A DNA stretch of 63,348 bases, filler included, from Sphacelaria rigidula (Eukaryota): assembly GCA_964200075.2 (NCBI GenBank). It is 6 parts of 6 records of this genome, joined end to end, with 100 filler letters (N's around TTAATTAATTAA, not from the genome) between each part and the next. Parts side by side here need not be neighbours in the genome. Positions count along the whole stretch, not along the records: positions 1 to 10,477 come from CAXNAA020006431.1; positions 10,578 to 21,054 come from CAXNAA020006432.1; 4 more parts are not named here. One strand, written 5' to 3'. Both the position numbers and the translations under genes were made by a program. Shown here piece by piece: positions 1-13,600 of the stretch. Numbering within the stretch: the first letter of the stretch is position 1; each line of letters opens with the position of its first letter. The notes under the pieces were generated by a model that ran no database searches, was not told the origin of the DNA, and saw only the letters and a list, made by a program, of their open reading frames with translations.

Positions 1-89
1 ATGGAATCTATTGTCTATTGCAATAGAGAATAGATTTCATACTGTACGCAGTACGTTTTTCGACCGTGTATTCTATTGTCCAGGGTATG
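1..89. mobile_element. End fragment of a non-autonomous TIR element, family with terminus ...TATTGTCCAGGGTGTG
   Basis: Ends ctattgtccagggtatg. The preceding gtctattgcaatagagaatagatttcatactgtacgcagtac aligns with 27406-27448, which ends in the same terminus. Confidence 0.6.
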
Positions 90-1907
90 AGAGATTGCCT
101 GCATGAAATAGGCTGTTTTCACGTATTTTGTCGCTCGTCGTTGTTGTCCGTGCACCAGCTGCCACCGTTGCCATCTCAGGACAGCGGCACAGCAGTTGTG
201 GTCGCGCGAACCAAACAAGACATATTGCATTGATAAAAAAAGACAGAGTGGTTATACGCTAGGGCTGTACAGTTTTTTCTGGGGCTCTGCACTTTCAGAG
301 CGTCTCGATGACAATCATGTGAGCCTAAGTGTAGCCTCAGAAACCCTTGGACTAAAACGTGCACCCCTATTGTAAAATCGCTCGACCGATTTGCATCAGC
401 TTTATGCCAAGTCCTGGGCATGCGTCATTTGCGTGGCAATGGATGTACGAAGATATCAACGTACAGAGCAAAGCTCCCCTTGATTTGATTTTACTGTTAC
501 ATACTGAGCAACCCACCACGAATCCAGCAGTCGCCATGAAATAGACGTCCCCAAGACATAAAAACGCAACACTTGCAACGGAGGGACCACGAGAGACGAA
601 ATAAATGGGAAAGTAAACAGAACAAGTACAGGGACGTGATGACGAGAGGGGAACATAGCATAGCGTCGAAAACCTTGGAACCCTCCTCCCTCAACTAAAA
701 CACAACTGATCAAGACAAGCACAACTCGACACACACAAAACAATAACACGCATGGAAGCCCAGCGATGGGCGTTTCCTCCTGACGAACCCCTCTTGCTCA
801 ATCCAAGAGAGAGCTAATGGCATTGAGAGTTGGAGGAGGGACGGCGACCTCGCTTGGGTTTGCGTATCGAATTAATTCAACAACAAAAAATACCTGACAG
901 TTTTGCTGTTGGGCTACTTACTGCCATCCTACTATTGGTCAAAACAGCAGACTCGATAAATCCTTGTAACCCCCAACCTGGCCTACTAGCGACCATCCAC
1001 GCCTACGTTGGTCATTTTGCAAAAACTGGTGGAACTGTCAGAGGCCACCTATAATTTTTCGGGAGATGAGAGGGCGGGCGCCGAAAGGGATTAAATCTTC
1101 ACATTTTTTTAGTCGATCCGACGCAACATGGCTGTAAGAGTGTTTTCCCGTGCGCACAGCTACGTATTCCGGCCGCTCTGATGCCACGGGGAAAATGGAC
1201 CACCGATCATTCGCGCCGCACGCGGAAAAGGCAGGCAGGTATGTTTTCTTCGCTACCGGGCGATATCTTGCTCTAGGGGATGTTTTTGCTTAGAGTTAGA
1301 TCGGAACATGTACCTTGAGCATGTTTTGTTACGCGCCTTTCGCCGGGAAGAGGTACAGGAAAGATTTGAGGTACTGAATATTGCGTGCCTTTCCGGCTGA
1401 CACGCGACAGGTCGTTTTTTGAGTAACGTGCTCAAAATGTTTGAAGAGCACACGTCTGAACTATTGCGCAACAAAGCGAATATATATAGTACCACCAGTA
1501 CCCACCGCGCGGGCATATCTTGTCAAAACGTGACACTCGGCGACGGGGCTGCGGCGGGGACGGGTGCGCGGAAAGCGCCTCCCATCCTGACGAGCCGCTG
1601 ATGTCTCCGTATCACATTATCACGACAAATAAGTACGACCTCCGTGTGAATTGGTTGTCCATACTGAAATTTGAGGACGGCGTTGTGGGGTGACAAGGCG
1701 GAATGGCTATCGAGACGTGAGCATGTACAAGTATCAAGCGAATGCTGCCGGAGGTATCAAACACGAAGTCCCTTAGGGCTCGTTGTTGTGCTCGTGCCAC
1801 CTGTTCCGATCAATGGTATAGAGTCGGCAGGGGGGAGCTTAGGTGCTACTGCACTGCACCGTTGAAAAGTAGCAGTACTCACAGTACTGCCTCTGATTAG
1901 GCCGCTC

Positions 1908-2375
1908 CTTATGGTAGGCAAAAAAAAAAACGCCCCGTAAAAACGCTATTTTGGTTCTTTTTTGTCGATTTGCGCCCTGAAAGAGAGCTAGGCGGAGTTT
2001 GACATCTTGGGATGACTTGCTCTACCCGTTGAGACCGTTTGAGGACATCCTCCCGTTTTCCGGTGGTCGAAGTTCTGTCGTGGCCAAACTTGCATTTTTG
2101 TCCATGAACGGACAAGATCGGTCAAATCTGAGAAAATCTGACATTCTGAGCATTCTTCTCTTGACTTGACCGTCTCTGGAAAAAAATGCTTGTATGTCCG
2201 AAATAAACACCGCGGCCGGCGGGAAACGCGAACGTGTCCTGGAACTGTCTCAAAGAGTAGAACAAGTAATTGCAAGGTGTCAGACTTCTAGCTTTCCTAG
2301 CTCTCTTTTAGTGCGTAGAACGACGATGAAGGACAAGGAAATAATTTCTACACAAATTTTCATGTTCACCATAGG
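1908..2375. mobile_element. Foldback/MITE-like element with long imperfect inverted arms
   Basis: About 1975-2070 is the reverse complement of about 2215-2310; the ORF track shows SQRVEQVIxRCQT on opposite strands. Outer ends cttatggtaggca and tgttcaccatagg are inverted. Confidence 0.6.
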
Positions 2376-2650
2376 TAGTGGCGTGAGCAATACAACGTTG
2401 ATTTGGATAACTTGGACGATAAGCGATGAATACTTGCGAATTTCCGTGTCGTAAGTTTGATCTCCACCAAAAACACCTTGTTTCTTTCTGCTACTTCTTC
2501 ACTTCAAAGGTTTCACTTTTAGCTACCCTGTAAATTCACCTCCGGTCAAGATGGAAGGTGGCATCAAACATTCGGACCGTGTGCTTCTACACGTAGCGAA
2601 GGTAGTCAAGACCAGCACGCAAGATATATATATATATATATATACTGTTT

Positions 2651-2652
<2 letters not shown>

Positions 2653-2700
<48 letters not shown>

Positions 2701-2800
2701 GTCACCCCGTCTATTCCGGATGTCAGTCTACACTCTTTGGAATATGAAGGTGCATCAGCCGGAGTCACACAGGAGGAGGGCCAAGACAGGAGTTTTTTTC
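2653..2800 (-). mobile_element. Probable 3' end of a non-LTR retroelement (LINE/SINE) with a (CA)n tail
   Basis: A (TG)n tract at 2653-2698 runs into ttgtcaccccgtctattccgga. The same junction (gtgtgtgttgtcgtcccgtctattctgga) recurs at about 10366-10400. Confidence 0.5.
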
Positions 2801-3600
2801 AAGTATTTCTTGTTTAAGTTGGAGCTCGAAAATGCTTTGTCTAACCATTAACCAGTCGAATGGTTACGCGCAGCGCACTCGTTGACCAGTTAAATGGTAC
2901 ATAATTGTTTCGGTCATCGAGCGGCGTAGCCAAAAAGCCCCACCCGGCTGAGGGCCCCCGGCCGGAGGCGCCCCCGGAAGGCCCCGCTAGAGGCGCCGTG
3001 CCGGAAGCACATTTTTACGCAAATTGGCTTCACTAGACCTAAAACGTACGTCAAAGTTGGGCCAATTTCAAGGGCTCATACGTAGCCTGTCAAGGTAATT
3101 AGTATGGTTCAAAACCATTATCCAAATTTTTCATATAACCATTACAATTATTACCGTTATAATGATAGTGGCCAGTTATAATTGATACCATTTCCGAGCT
3201 CTAGTTTTAGTACTCCATCTTCCTTCTCCCGTCCTTGCCTTACTTTTGATCGCGGGAGGGGTTCAGCGGTCCCTGTCCGTACGGACGAAATAACGACCGG
3301 GTTATCTTACGGGCCAGAGATCCCAAGACTCATGTCGGGATATATTCTTTCAGTGGAGGGGACGAGGAGAAAACCATCCCGTTTCAGGGGATTTCCTCAA
3401 ACGTCCTGACTTTCAGCACATGATGGGAAAAAATATGCAAAACCAACGTTTCTAAAAAGCCCTAAACCACATATCGACCTCATATATTGCGAAATATCCG
3501 AATGGTCCTTATATTGATGATCAAAGGGAGTATATTCAGCGCGGATAAATTACGTCATTCACCGCATAGTGCAGTTCAAGGCGACAGTAGTCACAGTATA

Positions 3601-3646
3601 CAGCAACAACAACAACAACGACAACAACAACAACAACAACAACAAC
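3601..3646 (+). repeat. (CAA)n microsatellite
   Basis: Visible directly; lies just downstream of the exon donor at 3692. Confidence 0.95.
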
Positions 3647-3692
3647 CAAAAGTAGTACTGTACTGTAAATCAGGTTCGTTAGTGTCCCTCAC

Positions 3693-4630
3693 CTGAAGAA
3701 CCTTGGCCGTACCGTTTACAGGGAGAGGAACAGACGCCTGGGGAAACCGGAAAAAGTCAATCCAGTCCACGATCGAACACACAGCGTTGTACTGCGCTCC
3801 AACCGCCAAAAAGTCTATCTGCTTTGCTGCCTTGTTCAGCTTCTCATGGCAGTATAGAATAGAACCATTCTTGCCTACTACGGGGCGCCCCCACTCAGGT
3901 GATACCCACTTACAACCTGCGTCATTCAGCCGTAACAACAACAGTGCACAGAGGGGGGAACCGGTGATGTACGGTACCGTGCACAAAAAATACCCGATGA
4001 AATGATCCCGGTTCCATGTTGTCGACCACAACGGAGTCACGCCGCCGGAGCATCACGCCGTGGAATGGATATCAAATATATCGAAGACCTGGAGTTCGAG
4101 ATAACTCCTTTGACAGCTATGTATGCAAGGATTCTCTTTGGACTTCAGGATGTTTCCGTTCTTGAGAGAAGACATCTTACATCCGTGAGTGGGTATTATA
4201 CACCGTAATCTACATAGTGGCACTACTACTGTGTGTGTGAACGGACGATCTCAGGGGTGGGTATTTCGCGGAAAGCATACCAAGTATCCAGGACATGAAT
4301 TCTCTGTAAGCGCTGAAAATCGTCCATACGAAACATCATTTCCTCATTCCTCTCTCCTATTCGGCAAAAAATCACCTATTGCTTGGGCCAGGACATACGT
4401 GGTGATAGACCTCATGGCCGAGCTGCCTGCGCCGTCGATGGACTTCAGGGCTGTCAAGTAACACTGAGATCCGGCGTCCCGTAACTCTTTGGCAAACTTT
4501 CGCAAAGGCGCGCGGATGCTTATTGGGGTATTGTCCACGCCTTCTTCGGGTACTGTTTGTGTCCACCCATTCCATACCGCCATGCAGTCTGCGTACCGCC
4601 ATGAATTCGCTTCGCCATCGATTTTGAAGT
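3693..4630 (-). CDS. Two internal exons of an uncharacterised protein, partial gene
   Basis: Exon 4630-4376 (cag|ACTTC...ATAG|gtgat) and exon 3916-3693 (cag|GTTGT...TTCAG|gtgag) are phase-compatible. Spliced peptide: DFKIDGEANSWRYADCMAVWNGW...SIDGAGSSAMRSITTYVLAQAIG/CKWVSPEWGRPVVGKNGSILYCH...CSIVDWIDFFRFPQASVPLPVNGTAKVLQ. Confidence 0.75.
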
Positions 4631-6199
4631 CTGCACAGGGTGCATCTTCGTTATGTGGTGGTGTCATCGTGAGGGCCAAGCCGTACCGCGCCAGGTTGTT
4701 CAATAGCATCGAAAGCGGGAAAACTAAAATACGATAGAGGGTGGACATCGACCGTGGTCGTTGTCGGAGTGAACGCATTTCTCGCTCTCTCTCTCCCTCT
4801 CTCTCTTTCGGTCTCCTTTCTCTCTCTCTCTCTCTCTCTGTCGCCCGTATCGAGAGGAAGCAATGAGCTGTGATGTAGCCCTCGAGAGGTCGGTGGCCCC
4901 CCCAGCGGAAACAACGTGCACCTCCGGCTGTAAGTATCCGGCTATACCATGGATTGAGATTTGGTTTCTGGTGTTACGGCCCAAGGCCACTCAACCATCT
5001 GATCGAGTTCAATCGATATGTGATTCGCTTTTCGTCATGCCCAACGGTCGAGAAAACGGACGAGTTCTTATTCATGAAAGGCAACAAACAGATGTCATGC
5101 TTATGTTACCCCGCACCTTGCCGAAGTATATTGGACGGTGTGATTGATTCCCATACATTGCCCGTCGTGTTCACAAGACAGATCTATACATCCATATCAC
5201 ACAGCTGACACAGTAATATCTGTGTTCCCCCACACTAGTCTTCTGCTTGACACCTCACTGCTGATTGATTGACAGGTAACCGCACATCGGAGGTATCTCG
5301 AACTACTCGAGATTCCCCATATATTTGACATTTCAATCAACTGCAGGTTACGAGAGATACACAGAGAAAGGTTATATATTTCCGGCACACCTATTTACCA
5401 CTCTTCCCCCCCCACACACCCCGGAGGACCGATGTTCGTATATTATTTTATTTTGTTTGTACATGCCATGTCCTCGTGCCTTTCCCCGCCCTCTAGTCTT
5501 TCGAAAAAAGACATAATATATGTGCTTCAACGCACTAATAATAGTATAACAGCCGTGCGATATGCAGGACACGCGGTAGACGGTAAACACGTTTTATTGT
5601 CATCCGAAGCACAGCCCGGTTATTCATTTGCATGCGACGGCATATGTTTCCCATGTGCTCTGGGCCACCCTTTCATCACCCGGCTCTCGCCCGGCTTGCG
5701 TGCTGAGCGGGTTTTACCGGCTCTTCAATGGAAAGTTCGTTTGTATCGAAAATATATGTACATACAGGTAATAATACAAGAAATATATGATGAGCAAGTG
5801 CAGCCGACAAAAAAGTGTGTTATTAGTATGTTTCAGACCGTGTTGGGCAGCTATTCTCACAGCACAACCCAGGTATCGATCGAAAGTGCGTTCACAGGCT
5901 GCTGGTGCTTCTGGCCGGCGCCGGTGCGACGTGTCCATTTGCAGTTGGTACACAGAAATAAAGTGCAAACCCTCAGAATCAACGGCAGGTCGGGTAGGAG
6001 GGTTTACTCAATGTTTCAATACTTTGATATTTTGGAAAGTCGCACATCATCTGCCCGAGTCAGTCACAATGACAGACATGGGATTTGGACAGGGGTACAA
6101 CAGCACTGGGCTGGCTTCTGCGCCATGGCATAGGCGGAATCTCCACTTTTCAAAATAACAAATTATCGGGGGTATATCCTACCTGACCTGACCTCGCAT

Positions 6200-7595
6200 C
6201 CTCAGAATGTATCGTTTCGAAATAACGTTCTCATCTGTTTTGGAGCTCTTGACCCAAAGTTTGATAAATGCAGGTGTCTGATGTCTTGCTTATAAAAAAG
6301 CCGTCGACGAGAGCTTTCACCTTACGTAAGTTTCCACGTGGGGGGGTCTTTCGCGGTCAAAAATAAAACCTCAAACTATATGGGCAGGAGTACCTGGACA
6401 TACAGGTGACCGCCACCCTACAGTTATACTCCATAATGAGATGTAGAGGCTTGGTATTTCGGTTATTTGATTCAATTTTTGCATCATGAAGTTATCAACA
6501 CCGACCATGAAGCAGGGGCTTCTGCCGCAGCTGACGTGACGTTCACACCCACACACACGCATATAAATGTTCGGCGGGCTTCTTTCGCGTGGAAAATCTT
6601 TGCTCTCAGCCTCTAACAGCAGCTGCCTTCCCCACTCGTGCAGCGCAACAGCATTAAGGTGAGAAAACGTAATGCATCGCAGGCGATAATGACGGTGTAT
6701 AACACCCCCTCCCCATCCGCTGAGTTTTCGGACTTCAATTTCGTTCAACGTTGTCGAGCACACAAGCTCCCACCGTTCCAAGACCTCCGGTTTCATCTAG
6801 ATTTTTGTATGATATATGCTCAACCAAGCAATTATCCGTAGTTTGTCCTCGTGGCATAGCCATCGTAGTTCTCGAGAAAATTGTCGGTTCAAAAACTTGC
6901 GGCAGCCGCGGGGTGTTGACCGTCTTCCACGGCATATGTACAGCTACTGATGTTGGTCATTGCGGGTGCACGCAGGCGGGGGTCAGTCGGATCGCGTAGT
7001 TACCCAACTCCTTCGTACGCTTGTTTCTCTTTTGCGAAACGCAATGCTTCTACCGTGCGATGTTACTTTTTGGCTTCCGTTTCGCTTGTTGGCAGCAAGT
7101 TGGATCTCGATACATGCACCGCCAGTACAGTACCGTCGTCGTGAACCTTGTACAGTATAACTGTACGCACCAGTACATAATTTACGGAATCCTAACGCAT
7201 AGGTGTTACAGACTGCACTCGGGCACTGTGCATCACCGCACTGGGAGGACTCTGGCCCACCATTGCAATTTATTGAGCTCCCAGATGCCACAGACGGCCA
7301 CCTTCCAAAAAATTCACGTAGTATACGGGGAGTGTAATACACAGTTGATGTTACCAAGAAGTATCCACGTTTTCATCCGTCACAGTCACTCTCAATGAAG
7401 AGGCGAAAGTCACCTCTATATCCAGGTACTGCCAGGTTTTACCTTACGTGGGGCATCCGCCATGTGGAGACTCACAGCAGGTGAAAGCTCTCGTCGAGAG
7501 CTTGTCAACTTGAACATCTGCATCTGTCCAACTTTAAGCCAAGGACTTTAAATGAGATGAAGGCGCCATTTCGGAACAATATATTTTGAAGGTAT
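6200..7595. repeat. Pair of diverged inverted repeats (about 6200-6325 and 7478-7595), probably MITE arms
   Basis: tcgacgagagctttcac (6304-6320) matches gtgaaagctctcgtcga (7481-7497) in reverse complement, with weaker similarity over about 100 bp. Confidence 0.5.
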
Positions 7596-10477
7596 TGTAT
7601 TTTCTGGATACCAACTGCGAACGGACACGCCGCACCTGCTTCTGGGCCTGCGAATACAGCTTTCGATCGATACCTGGTTCATGCTGTGAAGGCGTGTACC
7701 TTTTTTGTTCGATCGCGAATGTGCGGTCGGGTTTTTTTTGCCGATCTGATACGTAGGTCCACCGCATTTATGTTCCTAGAAGGCTTGAAATCAAATTTAT
7801 AATTAGTGGCGCGCGGAGAAAAATTGACAAAATAATTACCCTTTTCGATCAAGAACATTCGGTCGAAAGGCATGAAGCGGAACTTGACTCCTATTTTATA
7901 GACGATCACCATGCAAACTCCATCCAACTCATTCTCAGCTACCACCGCAACACTGCAGCATAGAGCACGAGTTGAGCTCAGGGATAGGTACGAGTACCCT
8001 GGTATGCTTCGTTTTTTTTTGTTGGGGAGAACTTGCGCATCTTCTTTCGTGGTAGGGATCAGCACCAGAACTGCGTGGTACGGTGGACAACCGACTTACG
8101 TGCATCCTCATATGCAGGTAGTACAAAGCTCCTCTTTGCTGAAGTCCTTTTAAGCACAGAGAACTGATAGTCCTGGGTTGTCTGCACTGCGCGTTGCTCG
8201 CTTCTCTTTTATATCCCCCTGTACGAAGCACGTACACACGCACTCACGTACACACGCACTCAAGACACCGCTTGCAAGCAGTGTAGACAGTACAGATTGT
8301 CTGTGTACACGAGTGACTATGTACCGTTTCACGCATTTCGCTGTCTTTTTTCGGTCGAAAGCTTGAAAATTCGCTTGGACCCCACTCGAGAAAAATGAGC
8401 GGATTCATTCAAATCGACTCTACCGCCCTATTTTTTCGCTCGAAAAAAGTGGCAAGACACACCCTTCGTGAATCGCTACCCGTCTAAAAATACCGAATAT
8501 GATTCGCCGGTTGTGCTTGCTCGTCATCCATTCCACTCGTATTTTCAATACACGCATATTCTCTACAATGGAGCCGGTACAAAGCGCTTAGCAGCATGCC
8601 AAGCGGTAACACGGTGGCCTAACGCGCATCGAAGCAGATGCCATGGCATACAGACGATTTGCCGAGCTCTGCTTCCGGCTTTTGAAACAATGACGTGCCT
8701 ACCCCGCTGCAGGGCACGCGGTGTATAGAGCTCGAAAGCAGCACTGGGACTGCTCTGACCCCCGGCAAGCCTACAAAAGAATTTTCGAATTTTCCGAGAA
8801 ATATTGCCGTACAGACTTTTTTTGATGCGAAGATAATAATTATGCGTATATTCTTTTGCTAACCTTTATCATAAAAGGTTGCAAGGTCAAGGTTACAGGC
8901 TAGTTCACGCCTATCACCCGAAATTGTGTCATCAGCAGATGCCTTTTGCAGTACCTGCCTAATAGTTGCATACATGATATCGTACTGACCGCCATGGACA
9001 TCTGAAGAGTGTGACATAGCCAAACTTGTGTGTAAGCCCATAGTGGTAGCGCTGAGGGCCAAAAGGTATATCGAGCAATCAACACCCGTCAAATTGTTCC
9101 GAGATCGAAAGTACGGATTCCGAACCCAATTTTCACCCAATCTCCACATGCTTCAAGTCGTGGTAACCGCCATCGACTCGGGAATCTCACGAAAAAAAAC
9201 ACATTTGAAAATGGTTACTACGGGGGTCGACTTATACTCGAAACGGTGATGTTTCGGTGATGTCGGGTGTTGGCGTCGTCTAATTTCCACGTATGATACG
9301 CACGAAAGACCCAGAGAGCCTCGTGACGGTGTCCGCTATATCTGTTGTAGAAAAGCTCAGATCGTCCTCATACTTGGCAGTTCGGTCGATATTGATGCTC
9401 CGAGTGGAAAAATTGTATTCTTGACATATTTCAAAGTTATTCCGTTCTCTACCGACTTCCGAGGGTCCCGGTATAAAAAACCCCGGAAGGCGGGTACAGA
9501 ATGCCCCAAAAGAATAATAATAATATGATGCGTCCCGGGATAGTCCAAGAAACACATGTACCAATATTGGTGGAGAAACTCGGAAAAATCTCATACAATG
9601 TTTCTTGCCTTGACGTAAAATTCACCCAAAAGACGTTTCCATACTACAACCAATTTGTTAGAAGTTGCACGTTTCAAGCCCACGTCCTCCCCAAACGCGC
9701 AAACCTTTACGCCGTTATTAGGAGTTAAAGCCTGAAAATGTTCACAAACATTCCATGTGTCATTACCCCACTTTTTATGGACGAGATTGTTTTACTCGAG
9801 TTTTTTACCGTTTCTCGGGGTCCGGACGGGATCTGAGTCGTTTTTCGAAGTAGTCTCTATTCTGGGACCCCGGAAAACCGGCACAACGAAATTGTTTGTC
9901 TTTTTTTCGCAAACGATCTGTCGCCGCATAACCCAAGGAAGAGCCCTACAAAAATTCGTCGCAGAATTCGATCAACTGATGCTTTAATTTTCATGCTCAT
10001 GTCAAAGAAGGCCGAAAAATGCCCTTTTCGAACTAGACTCAAGTTGTTTGCGGTTCCCCCCGGCACGGCAAAATTCATTGCACAAAAGCAAAAAATCTCA
10101 CGCCGTTTCGAGGGGTAAGACCCTTGAACTATGCACAACTGTGCTATGGATCATTACGCAACTTTGAATGAACGAGGTTTTTTATTATTTTTACTGTTTT
10201 ATGGGGGTCCGATTCGATCGATGTTTCCCCGAAAAAACTGAGATCCCCGCAAAACGGTAAAAATAAATCAAAAGTGCAAATCAAGTGAGGGACGTAACGG
10301 ATGAAGTTTGTTCAAGTTTGTGCACACAGCCAACGTCAGTACCTGCGTGCCTGAAGACTGTGTTATGTGTGTGTGTTGTCGTCCCGTCTATTCTGGACGC
10401 CGGTTTTGAGGACCGACGCCCGGATGGGTAGGGTGACTCGTGTACAGAGTCGAGCTAGGGGACATTGTAGGAGGTTT

Positions 10478-10577
10478 NNNNNNNNNNNNNNNNNNNNNNN
10501 NNNNNNNNNNNNNNNNNNNNNTTAATTAATTAANNNNNNNNNNNNNNNNNNNNNNNNNNNNNNNNNNNNNNNNNNNN
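10478..10577. other. Artificial contig spacer (N44-TTAATTAATTAA-N44)
   Basis: 100-nt spacer with a six-frame stop linker. Confidence 0.98.
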
Positions 10578-10680
10578 AGACACCTCCAACATTCTGGCGC
10601 TCATTACGTTTCTTCCAAACATTACACAAGAACCTCTTACATATCTTATCCCCGTCCATGAGGGGGGGGAGCACAATCAC

Positions 10681-13600
10681 CTGACCGGAAACCCACTCGA
10701 GGTTCATTTGGTCGTAGTTGCCCTTGACGAACGATCGCACGAGTAGCTTTGTCCTTTGCTTGTTCAAAGTGTTGAGGTGCAAAGCCGAAACACACCTGGA
10801 AACACGAAACGACAAAACGTAAAGCGCCGAGAGCAACCGGCGACATTGGGGACAGGACCACAAAAAAGAAGGAGAACGAAAAATGACATCGCACGGAGAA
10901 ACACACACACAGAGAAACATTTCGGTTTGCACCAATGCAACCATTACACTGACATAACATAACTACTCCAAAACGAACTATATCGTCATATAACTTGATT
11001 TGACATGAAACGCAGAACCACGCCATTGTGTCGCTTTTTGATGCGGTACATGTTATCACGAGCGAGGCACACCGCGACAAAGATGGAACGACCAAACAAG
11101 AGTCATGCTTGCATGGGAAAAGCTCGCTCCCACGGATGCGCCCTCTGCTGCGTTTCCTTCTGGCTACTCGGTGGACACTCCGGTGATCACCAGGTCGAGA
11201 AATTGTTCGGCTTCAAGACAAAAAAAAAAGGTGCTTTGCAAATTGCCTCACACCTGCGTCGTTGAACGTCGCCGCATTTAACTTTTGTTTTGTAAGGCGA
11301 CTGCGAGGATCACGGTGTAGGGAGTAGTTGCTACAGTACGGTACGGCGTAATAGTGCACGATAACCACATAGCATGGTGTACTTCCGTCACGAGTCTGTT
11401 TTTCCCATCACCTGTAGTTGGCATAGACGTGCAAGAGCGTGAGAACCACGAAGATAGCCCAGGTCACCATGGTCGAGTCTTTGAGGTGCGACGCCACCTT
11501 CACGCCAAGGAACTGCCGATTAACACGACAACAACAGCACATCAACACGAAACGAAAGCATTAGCGAGTGATGAAAAAACAACAGGAACAAAATACCATG
11601 AAACAAAAACATTCCCTACACCACTGACTGCGGCGTCTTACAGCAATCAACGGTAAAATATCCTGGCATTTTATCGCTGGACGCACGTGTACTCGTCAGC
11701 CAAACACGACTACACGCGTAAGGTGTCGTGTCACCGTGCGCAGCATTTTATGTTCCGACATCATAACATCATGACAGCTCGCTCAAAAGGCCATGAAGAA
11801 CGTGAACTACAGCTGTTCCGAAATGACACCTGTAAGTACATGCACAGTTCCACCTTGGCCCTTGCCAAGATTCACAATACCCCACCAAACTGCTGTACAG
11901 AGCAGCAAATGACCATGGTTAATCGATCCACCGTCAACGCAGGAACAAAACAGAAGAACCCTGTGACTGGGGGCGATCATTTCCTTGTGTGCTGAGTTGC
12001 ACAAATACTGCTCGCCTCATCCCCCTGTTGGTGTTGGTGTAGGCCGGCGCGTCTTTTCTACGGGCGACCACGGGTAGTTTCGTTGCGCCTCTAAGAAGTA
12101 TTTGAAAAATGAGTGGGTGACCGTTTTTTGTGGAATATAACCATTTCTTGTGGAAGTTCGTCGAAGTTAATTGAATAATGTATGGGAAGCTGTTGCGACA
12201 AGGACCACCACTTCCCGGCATTCTCAACTCTTTGATAGCGAAGATTTTCGGGTATTTAGTGCAGAAGCTTTAATATATGATACAAGAGAGGGGGAAAACA
12301 TTTGCATTAGCAGCACATGGACTCAAACTTAATACTTGACGGTACGAGATTCGATATTATAGTGCGAGGGAAAGAAGACGGGCGGGAGGGAGGGGGGAGG
12401 GAGTCTCATTCGTTGCTTGCCTCAGTCGTTTGACCATTGAACACGCATTCCTTTCGAGATGAAGCACCCTTCTCACTGTAGATAGGGACACCTTCAACAT
12501 TTGGGTGCTCATTACGTTTCATCCATATATTACACGAGGACCTTTTTCATATCTTGTCCCCTTCCTGTTTCGTCGTCTGTGGCCACCATCTATCTCATAT
12601 TATAGCGGCCATTGATACGATCTGAAACATCGAGCGATTCCATGGTGCATTCGTTTTGTTCCCTCATCTCCCCCAAGACGTCCCGTTCCTCCTTGTATAA
12701 TTCACATTCTCCCACTTTATAAGGAGGCGGGAAGGGCGGGGGAGCACTGCAGAGCTCACCATCCCGCAGACGTTGACGGCGGTTTCCTGCGCGTTTTCCT
12801 TGGCGGAGAGGTCGGCCATGTTGGCCCGCAAGGCGAAATGAGACGTGATGGATGTCTTCGTTGCGCCGGCCGCCACTCCGCATAACGCCTGCACGAGTAA
12901 CGTCGTAAGCAGCAACACGGTCGTCATACGATAACATCAAGAAATCCAACACTATCATCATCAACAAACGTCGATAACAGCAGCAGCAGCAGCAGCAGCA
13001 GCAGAGCAGCAACAACAACAGAAGGCGCCCGACCGCGAAGTGGGACGATCACCGCGAACTCGGAGCCCACGCCGAGAGGAAACACTCGCTCTCGTCCTCT
13101 TGTCGTAAAACTAGCGTTCGGTAGGGGAAGAATGTGGACACCCTGCGCGTAAAATTTCATCCTGACATTATGAGAATGGTGGACGAGGAAGGCAAGATAG
13201 GTCTGTACATCAAAACGAAACTCGCATATATATATATATATATGTATTCGCACACCGTATCGACTCATATTTGCACAAGTGTGTTCTCTCGCATGCGCCA
13301 TGGTTTCGCGTCATTTCCTGACTGCGTTCTTTTCTTGAGCGGGGTATCGTATCCAAAGTTACTTGATGGGCAGTCACGGGTGTTTACTTTCCTTCGTATT
13401 TCTGACAATGGTGAAAACTATTGATGTAATACGACATATCTTCAGGTTCGCACAAAACTGTACTTACAAAAACCTGCTCAATGTACATACTTCGTACTTG
13501 TGACAATGGTGAAAACTGCTGATAGGACATATCTTCAGTTTCGCGCAGAACTGCACTAACAAAACCTTGCGGAGTGTACAAACCCGCAGCACGACAGAGT

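Noticed and set aside
5432..6133. 233-aa plus-strand ORF
   Set aside because: No recognisable motif, atypical composition and no convincing exon structure.
8859..9149. Possible further RUS exon (IRQVLQKASADDT)
   Set aside because: It lies on a different contig and the similarity is weak.
10580..12570. Short shared segments (10580-10652 with 12489-12562; 12400-12455 with 28525-28590; 10283-10355 with 17968-18040)
   Set aside because: Real but ordinary fragments of dispersed repeats, too short to classify.
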